Shown here one piece after another: positions 12,139-23,770 of a stretch of 64,000 nt of DNA. This DNA comes from Ginglymostoma cirratum (Eukaryota), in contig JAHRHZ010000047.1 in the NCBI GenBank assembly GCA_024137785.1, positions 9,986,331 to 10,050,330 of the forward strand, in the 5' to 3' direction. The notes beneath the pieces were generated by a model. That model worked only from the letters and a program-made list of their open reading frames with translations, had not been told where the DNA came from and did no database searches. Numbering within the stretch: position 1 is the stretch's first letter; every line of letters starts with the position of its first letter. The position numbers and the translations under genes were made by a program.

Positions 12139-12521
12139 GAGGGGTAAAAGGTACTGCAGATGCTGGAGAATCCGAGATAACAAGGCGTGGGGCTGGATGA
12201 ACACAGCAGGTCAAGCAGCATCATAGGAGCAGGAAAACTTGACGTTTCAGGCCTAGACCCTTGCCGTTTTCCTGTCCTCTGGGACCCTCCTTGACTCTAG
12301 TGATTCCTGAAAGATCACTGCCAATGCCTTTGCAATCTCCTCAGCTATCGCCTTCAGAACTCTGGAGTGTAGTCTATCCAATCCGAGTGCTTTATCTACC
12401 TTCAAACCTTTCAGCTTCCCCATTTTCTGATGAAGGGTCTAGGCCCGAAATGTCAAGTTTTCCTGCTCCTATGATGCTGCTTGGCCTGCTGTGTTCATCC
12501 AGCCCCACGCCTTGTTATCTC
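12139..12521. mobile_element. Fold-back Penelope-like insertion in CR1 with 15-bp TSD
   Basis: TSD TTAATCAGTTGGTAA at 12124-12138 and 12522-12536. Inverted pLTR copies at both ends. Hammerhead-like core CTGATGA..GAAATGTC at 12427-12454. Confidence 0.85.
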
Positions 12522-13599
12522 TTAATCAGTTGGTAAATTGGGCAGAGCAATGGCAGATAGAATTTAATCCTCATAAGTGCAGGGTGATGCATTTTGAGAG
12601 GTCTTATAAGGCAAGGATATTCACAACGTTAAGGGAATACAGGTCCTTATTAAGTAAAGGTACCTGGGGAGTACTGAGGAACAATGAGGCCTTGATGTAC
12701 TAGTCCATAGACCCCTGAACGTGTCAACAAAGGCAGACAGGGTGGTGAAGTAGGCATGTGGCAAGCTTATCTTCATTATCCAGGATGTACAATATAGGAC
12801 CAAGGAAGTCTTGTCGCAACTTTATGAAACATTGTTTAGGGCTGCAGATGGAATACTGTGAAGAGTTCTGGTTGCCACACAACAGAAGTATGTGATTGCA
12901 CTGGAGTGGGTGCAGAGGAGATTCATTGTGATGTTGCCTGGGATGAAAAGTCTCAGTTACGAGGAAAAACGGGATAGGCTGGGATTCTTTTCCTTGAAGC
13001 AGAGGAGACTGAGGGGGAATCTAATTGAGGTATACAAAATTGAGAGGTGTGGACAGAGTAGATTGTGAGATTCTTTTCCCTATGGCAGACCAGAGAGCAT
13101 AAGTTTAAGGTGAGGGATAAAGTGTTTAGAGAAAGTGCAAAGAATTTTTCTTTCCATTCAGAGGCTACTATGTATATGAAACATACCGCCTGAGAGGATG
13201 GTGAGGCAAATACTCTCACAAACTTTAAGAAGCATCTGGATGAGTGCTTAAAATATCAGGATAAAGTAGGCTATAGACAGGTAAACAGGATTAATATGGA
13301 TTGATGTTTGCTGGGTAGCATAGATATGGTAGGCCAAAGGGCCTGTTCCTATCCTGTATGATTCTATAACACATTTTCATTCATCAGATGTGTGTATTGC
13401 TGCCTCAGCAACAATTTGTTGCCCAGGAGATGGCAGGTTAGTTAGTGTTCAAGCTCCCAGCCCGTCCACTCCCCTTCGGCTGACCAGCCATATCCTTTTT
13501 TTAAATTATTATTGTTATTATTTTTTAATGTCACCTTTTGTGTGAAACTCATCATTTCTTCTTTCTGAAGCTGAGGTGCAGCAGTTTCGGTCGGACAGC

Positions 13600-13880
13600 A
13601 TCAGTTCCTCGGCAGGTCCCCGTCCTCAGCGGTTTCGACAAGGCCTGGTCCTCAGCTGTTTCGACAAGGCCTGGTCCTCAGCGATTTCGACAAGGCCCAG
13701 TCCTCAGCGGTTACAACAGGGCCTTGGTCCTCAGTGGTTTTGACAGTGCCCCGCCCCTGTTCTTGGCAGTTTCAAAAGGACCTGGTCCTTGTCAGTTGGA
13801 CAGGACCCAGTCCCCGGAAGCTGGAGAAGGTCTCAGTTCTCGGCAGTGGGGCAGTCCCTGGTCTTTGGCACTGGCCAGTT
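13600..13880 (+). repeat. 26-bp minisatellite (GTCCTCAGCGGTTTCGACAAGGCCTG)
   Basis: Units start at 13622, 13648, 13674, 13700 and 13727, with degenerate copies on either side. Confidence 0.85.
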
Positions 13881-14059
13881 CGTGAAACCAAGAGACCATG
13901 AAATTTAGAGGAAGGTGATATTTGTATTAACTTTGTCTCTTCTTTTATATATCATTTACATAATTACATGGCTATTTTTGTGGGTGACGTAGACACATTT
14001 TACTGTATGATCACAAATACAAGTCTGTCTGTCTGTCCCTCCAATAATGCCTAAAGAAC

Positions 14060-14335
14060 AGTCGAGTTTCCAGACAACGCTCAACCTTATTGCTTTGCGT
14101 CTGAAGTCAAATTCAAGCTACACCAGTTAAGGATGGCAGATTTACTTCTCAAAAGCACATTAGTGAACCACGTGTGTTTTTACCTCCATTGGCTGCGGTT
14201 ACATGGTCATGACTGGACAAGATACTTCCTTACAGAGTTTTATTGAATTCAAATTCCACTGCAATGGTATTCAAACCCAAGTCCTGGCATTTTGGATTAC
14301 GAGTCCAGTGACATCAACACTACACTGTTGCCTCC
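14060..14335 (-). mobile_element. Degenerate SINE family 2 copy
   Basis: …aaggatggcagattt…cattagtgaacca…aattcaaattccac…. Confidence 0.6.
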
Positions 14336-14391
14336 CTGTTTGCTTGGTCTTCTTTACTTCCCACACAGAGGAGGATAACACGGGCGGCAAT

Positions 14392-15085
14392 GAGGGGAGG
14401 CAATGGCCTAGTGGTATTATCGCTGGACTGTTAATCCAGAGACCCAGATAACATTCTGGGGACCTGGGTTTGAATCCTGCCGCAGCAGATGGTGCAATTT
14501 GAATTCAATAAAATATCTGGAACTAAGAAGGTAATGATGGCCACAAATCCATTATCAATTGTTGGAGAAATCCATCTGGTTCACTAACGTCCTTTAGGGA
14601 AGGAAACTGCCATCCATACCTGGTCTGGCCTACATGTGACTCCAGACCCACAGCAATGTCTGGAGATCATAGATCATAGGACACCTACAGTGTGGAAACA
14701 GGCCCTTCGGCCCAACAAGTCCACACCAACTCTCAGACCATCCCACCCAGACCCATCCTCCTAAAATACACCTAATGTACACATCCCTCAGCACTATGGG
14801 CAATTTTCCATGGCCTATCCACCTGGCCTGCACATTTTTGGACAGTGGGAAGAAACCGGTGTACCTGGAGGAAGCCCACACAGACGCAGGGAGAATATGC
14901 AAACTCCTCACAGATAGTCACCCGAGGGTGGAATCGAACCCAGTTCCCTGGTGTTGTGAGGCAGCAGGGCTAACCACTGAACCACTGTGCTGCCCAGTGA
15001 CTCTTAAATACCCTCTGGGAAATTAGGGATGGGCAATAAATGTTGCCTAGCCAGTGACGCCCTCATCCCATGAATGAATAAAGTA
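14392..15085 (+). mobile_element. tRNA-derived SINE family 2, split by a nested HE1 SINE
   Basis: Head TGGCCTAGTGG..GGTTTGAATCC and tail GGGATGGGCAATAAATG..CATCCCATGAATGAATAAA. Confidence 0.85.
14665..14996 (-). mobile_element. HE1-type V-SINE (nested)
   Basis: Full-length match to 4381-4700. Confidence 0.87.
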
Positions 15086-16599
15086 AAGGAACAGGATTTA
15101 TTTAGGATCAAGATGAGTCCACGAGTGATGGAAAGATGTGATCCATTCAATCCTTTGGGCCCAATTTGTTAACCCAGTTTTAGTACTTCGTAAATCAGAA
15201 AATTGCATGTTCAATACTAACTTTGAGGCAATAATCTCAGGTGAGTGTTGTGCTGAGGGGTCATTGCAACAACCGAAGTTCTATCTTTCAGAGTTGACTT
15301 TAAATCAATGTGTCACCTGACCTCATGGTACCACTTCAAAAAAGAACAGAAGAGTTATCTTGATGTTCTAGTCAATAAATCAACGTTATCAAAACAAATC
15401 ATCTGACCTTTACCGCATCGTTGATTGTGCAAATTTGCTCTGTGCAAAACAGAGACATTGAAAGGATGTACAGATGGTGATATTTCAAAACTACTTTATG
15501 ACTTGGCTGAGATTTTAACTTTTGAAAACACTTACATATTCACCACCTTATTATTCACAATGCAAATTAATATTTCTTACAAGCGTTTTTGACTTTAAAT
15601 TCTGGAAGCTGCTCAAATGCAGAATGATTTTTCTGTCTGCACATTCCAGGAATGCTACAGGAAGAATTTCAATTCAGTTCTACAGTACATTGGCCTGGAG
15701 CAAAATTTGACATTAATTGAAATCAAATTTGACAAATATGTAGGAAGTCAGTAAATACTTCACTGGCTGGATTGGGAGACATGTTTCTAACATTGTGGCT
15801 GAGTGATATTATTGGAGCACAGTTGGGGGAACATTTCACTGCATCATACCTTTGTCATACCTGAACTGTAATTGTAATTGTCCTTAATTTCAATGAGGAG
15901 CCAGAGAGTTGAGGCAGTTCCAAGAGATCACAGGATTGACTCGAATTCAATTTTCAAACTCCAAATTACTTATGAATAGCTGTTGTTCAAAAGTTCAAAT
16001 ACTGAAGTATTTTGAACAGAACCAACAAGAGATGAAGCAGTTTCTTTTCAAAAAATGTTGCACTGTTCTTAAAGCTTCTTAGCAGGTGGCTTAAGAGGAA
16101 GTCTACCTTCTCATGTATGTGTCTAGATGAATGAACAAGGAGAAAAATAACCAAAATCCATAGGCAGTAATAGAATGACTGCCAGGTATTCATGAAGTAC
16201 AGTACTGTTACAAAGATCCTTGTATAGAGTTCTCTTCAGTTCTCCAGTTTGTTAAAGCAGGATAAGGCAGCAGGATAGACCTTAATGTCTATTTCCACAC
16301 CAAACAAACTGAGGGAATAACTATTGAGTTCACTGATAATGGAGATATGCCACACTGCAATTCCATATTTCAATATGCAACCACCCTGCTCATACAGTTC
16401 TAAGCATGCCACACAGTGTGACAAAAGAGATGGGCACTGCAGACATTATATGCAAGGGCAGCAATTCCTGAGCATTCACTGACCTAGCACCAGGATATAC
16501 CAATAAACTTACATGCCATCCTTTATTCACCTGTGATGCAGTGTGCATTGAGGTCAACCTTAGGAAATTATTTTGGATTATTTAAACATCAGCATGTTG

Positions 16600-16990
16600 T
16601 TTTACAGTCATATTCAGTGGCCCCTATCACTTCAGTGATTGGTTGGGATGAGCAGACAAATGTTTTAAGGTGACATGTACATAGGAGCAAACCCTTCACC
16701 TTAGTCAAGGGGCAATTACTCACAGCATAGACTTTAGGTGAGGATTGAGGAGGTTTAGAAGGGACTTAATGAGAATGTTTTTCACCCAGAGGGTGGTAGG
16801 TATTCAGAACTCACTGCCTGAAAGAGTGGTAAAGCAAGAACCATCACAATATTTAAGAAGCATTTAGACGAACGTTTGAAACGCCATTACACACAAGGCC
16901 AGGTGCTGGGAAATGGAATTAGAGTAGATAGGTTCTTGATAACTGGTGTAGACATAATGGGCCTGCTCTATTACTCAATTATTCCATGAC
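16600..16990 (+). mobile_element. Degenerate CR1 3' end
   Basis: …tttttcacccagagggtggtagg…tcactgcctgaaagagtggt…tttaagaagcatttagac. Confidence 0.7.
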
Positions 16991-18036
16991 CCGTTTGATT
17001 CTAACTCATACCATGCTACAGATCCAGCTGGGAGCAACAGTAAGGTTGAGAAAGGGTAGGGTCATAGTTACCGACCTCATTTTTACAGGCAGGCCCATAT
17101 TGAGTACCTCACTTCCCAATCAGAAGGTCCCAGAACTTGACAGAACATGGCTACCTGTCTGTGAGCATCAGGCAACAGGAAACCACTTCCTAGGGCCCTG
17201 GGAAAGGCCCTTAGTTCATCAGGTTGGGATCCCAGTCATGGAAAGTAAGAAAAGTCCTGGGGAGGGGCTATCCCAGTTTACCTAGTGGGGTCTGAAGGGG
17301 ACACATCAGCTCTTCCTGCATCCACAAGATAAATAATAGGAAAGCAAGAAAAGTTATCTTGCTGGGTCTTCTCTCACACTGGCCACTGCTCCCAGCAGCT
17401 TTGGCGCAGCAAGAAAACCAGCGACCTGCTACACCAACCCTCACCACACAACCTGGCTCAAATTAAAATGACAGGTCAAGTGCCAGTGATTTCATCAGAC
17501 CCCGATTTGTTTTTGTACAGAGAGGCTTGTCAGTGTGTAACCAGTCAGGTCAGAGACAGGAAAGGAGTCGGCCTGCCTTGTTGCTGAATACAGTGAGAGA
17601 GAATGTCGGACTGATCTGCACGTCTTCAGTTTAACCTGACCTTCCAGTTTGATGTCTGAGTGGAAATCAGTGTTGCCATGGGAAAATTTTGGAGGCAGCA
17701 CTGTATGTCATTTTATCTGCTTCCCCAGATGGTTTCCTATCAGGTGCCTGAGAAAACTAGGCTCGATGCTTTATTTAGTTTGTGAAGAGAAGCCAATTCT
17801 GATACAGCAACTTCAATTTACACAAGAGATAATTAGAGATAAGAGTAAAATCTCAACCTTTGTTATATACTGAAACAGTTCCATTGTTCTTCTGAAGCTA
17901 AGACAGGGTTGGAAAGAATCCAGTGGGAGATATAGCTGATGAGAATGAGATCCACACTGCATCCCGACATATCAAGTGAGTGTTGCCCACATCATCCTTA
18001 GCCTCTCTCGTGCAGTCAAAGTTAAATACTCCAAGA

Positions 18037-18668
18037 CCAAGATGGCAGCAGAGCAACAGGGATGCTTTCGGGCTTTTGACCACCAGCGCTTGTCTGATCC
18101 CGATTGCTTTTCTTTTGTTCTTTTTTTTTGTTTTATTCTTTTCAAAGCCTTCTGTGACAGGGTCATCAGGATCAGCAAGGCAGCGAGAGCGGGCCATCTG
18201 CGCAATGGCGGAAGCCTCAACTTGGAGGTAACAGCAAGTTTGCAAACTCCTCCTGAGGATCTGGAGGCTGCAGGAGTAGCAAATCTCCTCCCGAAGATCA
18301 AGGCAGGGATCGGAATTGACTCCTCCCGATGATCAGGGAGGTGGCAAATCTTCTCCCAGTGATTGGGCAGCGGCGGCAGCAAAAGACTACAGGCCGTGGC
18401 TAGGCCCGGGTGCCTGTATTGGAGGCTGAGTGTTTCATATACCTTTATTGAGGTGGGACTTCAAGATCTGGACACTTCTTTCTTCAGATTTGGATGTTAT
18501 TCTTTCCTTTTGATTCTGTTTCTTATATTTATGCTGCTGGTTTTTTTTTAAATTCTGGATTTTTAACCAAGATGACTTTGTATAGATTTCACTGTATTCC
18601 TGTATTTCTATACTTGAGTACACATGACAATAAATTGTAATTCTAATCTAATTCTATTCTAATTCAGA
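18037..18668 (+). mobile_element. Non-coding element with L2-type 3' tail
   Basis: CCAAGATGGC head, T-rich tract, GC-rich body, then TTTCACTGTA..ACATGACAATAAA and a microsatellite tail. Confidence 0.65.
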
Positions 18669-18959
18669 TTAAAAGTAGTCTCCCTTGGAGTCTCTTTGCT
18701 GAGTCTTGAGTCTGTCTTTAATCCAAGTGATGTGAGGTTTGAAATTGCCTCTCTGATGCAGCAATAGTCCTTAAATCCAAAGGGTGTGTTCAAACTCAAC
18801 AAATATGTTGCATGTGATAAAAAAAAAGTATGGTTCCTAACTCTCCTCCACAACATGTATTGAATATGCGGATGTCAGCTCAGGCAGAAGTATTAAAGAA
18901 AGAACTTGAATTCTACATTGTTACTGAGTGCATTCTCATGGCCAACAAAGGTTCTTAGC

Positions 18960-19310
18960 AATTAATGAATTCTAAGTGGAGACATTGGACTAGACTCCAT
19001 GCATTAAGCTGGTCCTCAAGATTACAAGGGTTTGAAACCCACCATAGCATTTGGTGGAATTTACACCATATAAAGCAAGTCTCAGTAATAGTGACCATAA
19101 AACTGTCATTGATTGTTGTAAATACAAATCATAAAACCATCTCATTCACTTCAGGAATCTGCCATCTTTAATTTGTCTGACCTATATGTGACTCCAGACC
19201 CATAGCAATGTGATTGATCCTCAACTGTCCTTTGGAATGATCAAGGAAGCCATACAATCCAAAGATGGGCCACAGATGCTGGCCTTGCTTGTGACATGGA
19301 TAAAAACTAA
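18960..19310 (+). mobile_element. Degenerate SINE family 2 copy
   Basis: …gggtttgaaacccacc…gtgactccagacccatagcaatgtg…. Confidence 0.65.
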
Positions 19311-19339
19311 AAAGGCACTCTACATTTCATCTTCCTCCT

Positions 19340-20140
19340 TTTGATTTGATTTGTTTATTGTCACATGCATCTTGTTACAAAATACAGTGGAAGGTGTTGT
19401 ATGGTGTTGCCACTGTCTGGCGCTATCTCAAAACACAGAAAAATAAACCAAAACACAGAATATAAAGGCAGAAAAATGAAAAAAAATAAAGAAAGTGTTC
19501 AAATTTACAGTCCTTCTTGTCAGTCCTTCTCTGTCATGTGTCACTGGCCTGGTGGCCAGGCAGAAGTTCCCTTTGATGCTCCATTGCTGTTGGGATGAAA
19601 ATGACCAATCTTCAATGCCATCTCACCTCCACCAATGCCCTCGTCACTATGTGTCCGCGCTGGACCTCGCCAATGCAGATGCCACTAATGCTGCCAGGTA
19701 CCAAACCAGCCCAAACTTGATTGTGCCACTGCCATGAGACTGCTTCGGGCCCACCTCACCAATGCTGATGCTGCTGGTTCTCATATTGGGCCCAGATGCA
19801 CCCCCACCATCACCTTCATGAATCTACGTTGGATGCAAACGCCACCGGGAATCCAAACTCGCTACAAGGCAGCGCAAAGACTGCCTCAACAAGGCAGAAG
19901 CTGCCGGGGGCCCAAACCCACCTCCAATACCTCCGCCAAGAGTCTGCCACTGGGCCCACTCACCGACGCCGATGCCATTGCCATGACCGAGCTCTTCACC
20001 AACAGGCGACAAAAATAAAATACAAGAGAAAAAGAAAGAGGGAAAAGAGAGAGAGAAAAAAAGAAAAGAAAAGAAAAGCGGACGGAGAGGACGAGCTCCA
20101 CGTTCAGAAAGGCTATTCCACCAAGATCTTACTGGAAGTG
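19340..20140 (-). mobile_element. Non-coding element with L2-type 3' tail
   Basis: Same architecture as 18037-18668 in reverse. Tail CACTGTA..CATGTGACAATAAACAAATCAAATC. Confidence 0.65.
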
Positions 20141-20334
20141 CGATAGATCAAGAAATATCACCTGATCATGATTACCATCTGGTTAATTGCATTGGAAAGA
20201 TAAGGAGTCCAAATGATACACCATAGAAAGAGGCCATTCACCCCCTTATGCCAATGCCAGCTCTTTGAAGGTGCTATTCAATTACTTTCACTTCCTTGCC
20301 CTTTCCTTAGAGCCTAGAATATTTGGATTCAGAT

Positions 20335-20530
20335 TTTTCTGAAGAAGGGTCCAGACCTGAAGCGTCAGCTTTCCTGCTCCTCTGATGCTGCTTGGCCTTC
20401 TGTGTTCATCCAGCCCTACACCTTGTTATCACTGGAGCTGAAACTGCTTTCTGTTCACAGATGCTGCCTGACCTGTGCATATTCTTTGAAATTTCTGTTT
20501 TTATTTATGATTTCCAGTATCTACAGTTCT
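20335..20530 (+). mobile_element. Two adjacent Penelope-like pLTR fragments
   Basis: CTGAAGAAGGGTCCAGACCTGAAGCGTC.. (family of 2361), followed by a fragment of the 49165 family. Confidence 0.65.
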
Positions 20531-23519
20531 TTGGCTTTTAAGTTTGATAAAACTTGTCCTTTAATTGACAGTCTAAATGGTCAATCAGTTTCTGTCATCA
20601 TCAGATAGCAGGAAGCTCATGAAATCAGTTCAACTGCCCCTTCATGTTTACCATCTGCTTAGGACTATGAGTAGATAAAATTAAAAATAGCTCTAATTTT
20701 CAAAGGTTGTGACATTTTTCAGTACAATGTGATATTGAGTAATCAGAACCTCCGTTCCTTTACAGATTTATTGAATGTCAAAAGTTTGATTTTTTTGGAT
20801 TGCAGCTCAAGTTTTTGTTGAGTACTTTACAAACAGATTCTCTTTTCTCTCCTCCTCTCAGGAAGTTAGCATCTTTTTCTAGGGTTCCATGCCTGTTGAA
20901 AGCCTCTGTAACATGTCAAAAGCATTTTCGATCATCAAAAGTGTCAATGCTGAACCAATCCTGACCTTACTCAACTCCACTCAAGTAGTCTTCAATATCC
21001 AGGAGAAAGTGACAGAAGTGGTAATATGTGGCTGACATTTCTACTGTCTAGCCAAGAGATGCGAAGGCCAATTACACTGCCTGTGCTGGGATTGGCTGAT
21101 GCTGCACAAACCATGGCATGTGTTGTATAAAGTAACTGTTCTCAAACGGCTACTCTAGTAGACTACCGACCAATGGTATCTTGCAGATTTGACTGGGGAA
21201 TCAAGAAATCAGCTCAAGATCTCCAATAGGGTCTGAGATGTCATCTCTGGCTACTGATAGTTTTAATAATAATTTCTAATAAGCCATTATAATTTATTGA
21301 AATCTTCATTAAACCATGTCTTGTTGTTAAACAAATTCCTCTTCTTGTTGAGACTCATTCATGGATCTGTCTGTACCACTGCTAATCAACTAGACCTTTT
21401 AGGTGCAATATGGGAAAAAGGATTAATGGCTGAATTCTGATCCAACCATGTTTAGTTCTGCAAACACTGCATGATGGTCAGTGGTGGGATAATTGCTTAA
21501 GAGCCTCAAGGTAATAGCAGTGAAAAGACATTAAATCCAGGGAGAGGAAAAAAAAAATCAGAAGCTAACTAAGTTTGCCATTTTATGGACATTAGCACTT
21601 TGAGAACACTCAGACAGTCAGTAAGCAGATTAAAGCACTTGCACAAACTAGAGGAAGGAACAGAGGGGCAATTTTTATGCTCCAAGCTAAGACATTTCCT
21701 TTAGACATTTTATAAAATGCACAAAAATCAATCTAGGCAAGTAAGAGAATGAAAAGTCTAGTTGTACTTGGCAGCTACAGAGTCCTTAGAGAAGGAGGAT
21801 TGGTAGTAGCAGTCCCAATTTGAGATTTACCTGCAAAGCAACTGTTTTAGAATTCCATGAATAAAGTTAAAAATTCCTGTAAGCCAAGGTAGAAAGCTTT
21901 AATTTAATGGCACAAAGGACCTGACTGGGAAGGAAAGGGGATTGCACTCAGCATTGTGAGTGCAAATCATGAGGCACAGCTATGGTAGCAAAGGCAAATG
22001 CAACTAAATTAATTTATTATAGAGCCACTGGATCAGGGATACAACAGAACAGGTTTATAGTGATCAAAGAGCAATTTAAAATGTTCAGAAGACAGATTCT
22101 GACAGAAGAAGATAAAGAAAGCTAAAACTGCAATAAGATCAGGAGATACGCAGGTTAAATCATTGATTTTGCAGCATGATTTGTTGAGGCTGCAGCCTCA
22201 AAAGTCTATTAGAAAAATTAGGGACGGATTCATACATTGTACATTGGACTGCAAAAACCAACAAAGCATCAGACAACATATCAGAATATGCTCCAGGGGA
22301 AACTTCTATTTGGCTGGCAAAAAATGATGGTAAAATTCTAACAAGCAATACAGAGATACAGATTGTAACTTCATTAGATTACAATTTCAACTTCAGTATT
22401 ATAATTCATAATTTAAACATTTATTACAGGAAAATATATTTCATTGCTGTAACATAGAGTTTAGAGCTTGAAGAGAGTTTCAAGTAAGGGATTTAAAACA
22501 GCATTTAGATACTAGAAAGTTGAGAGCATAAAAGCCAATAGATGACAAACAGTATTGAGATGCCGAAAATATAAAAGCTTTATACTATTAAGAAGAGATA
22601 ACCACATTAAGAAGAAATTGCAGACAAATTAAATACTTCTTCAAAAATTTAATGGTAGAGATGGCTCAACAGAGCACAGGATTGGACATCTTGGAGAAAA
22701 CAGTTAAGATACAGAATTGCTTCAATTCAGTTTTAAATATTGTGCTGAATAAATACACACTTTATTGTATTCAATAAGATCTACAGCTGATCATGTTATA
22801 AATCATCAAAATATGAAAGCACATATAAATGTTTTAGAAGAAATTCTGAAAATTGATCCACATTAATCAAATCATTAAAATTCTTCAAAGAACAAGATTT
22901 GGCAACATACCCTGTACTATAGTTGCATCTCTGTCTCATACAGACCATTTCATCCCTCTCTATCAGACCTTGCACATGATGATTCAATAGTTATATCAGG
23001 ATACACCTTCTTATCTCGAAACCTTAGCCAATAGCCCATTACACTACGATGAGTTGCACGTTCTATTCTCAGCTTGAAATAAAGTTTCTCTTGAGTTTTT
23101 ATTGGATTTATTTGCATCAGTGTAAGTTTCAATTTTTTAAATAAAAACCTGGACTTGGCATTTTCTTGCAATGAACCATTTTTTTCAGAATAAGGCAGTA
23201 TGACACATAATAAACATTGCTGCTAGTGTGTGTGTGCAATTGAGGGAAATCAAATTACCACATGATGCTTGAATTACAATGTCATATTGTGTTTTTTTTT
23301 AAAAACTATTCCTATTGTTAGTTGCACCTGATTGCCCCTGCTTTCCTGGTACCTGCAGAATCAGTTACATAATTTACTGGATCTAAAGAGCTCTGGAAAC
23401 TATATTAATTTGAAAGAGTAATGGAAATTGTTTCAGTTAGATTGTCCCGAGATTATTTCAGTCCTAAAAGAAATATTAGAAAATTATATATTTCATGTCA
23501 AGTTGCTGCTAAGTTGATA

Positions 23520-23770
23520 AATCCAACTCCCCTGCACCATTATTGAATAATTTACTTTCAGACATCTCAGGCCTATACTCAGCAATTCACTCCCTAAATC
23601 CAGCTGTTATCCCAACTCTCTTTCTTCCTTTAACAGCATCTTTAAAATCTACTGTTTAGCCAAAACTTTTGATTCCGTTCACCATATCTCATTCTTGGCT
23701 CAGTATCCATTTTTTTGTGACACCTCTATGAGGCAGCCTGAGATGTTTTTTCCCTTCACAAAGGAAGCAT
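23520..23770 (+). mobile_element. Old L2-like 3' end
   Basis: Degenerate match to 36560-36810 and 47440-47680. Confidence 0.5.

Larger units (their letters stand above)
10280..13370 (+). mobile_element. Decayed CR1 LINE ORF2 (endonuclease end, RT, 3' UTR) with nested insertions
   Basis: PTR..LDLIL..VGDSDHN (APE end), SQHRFLRGRSCLTNLI..YMDFS (RT) and WAEQWQIEFNPHKC. Many stops and frameshifts. Confidence 0.92.

Noticed and set aside
17898-18382. Cluster of 80-136 aa ORFs on both strands
   Set aside because: They lie in a GC-rich, low-complexity non-coding repeat and show no protein motifs.
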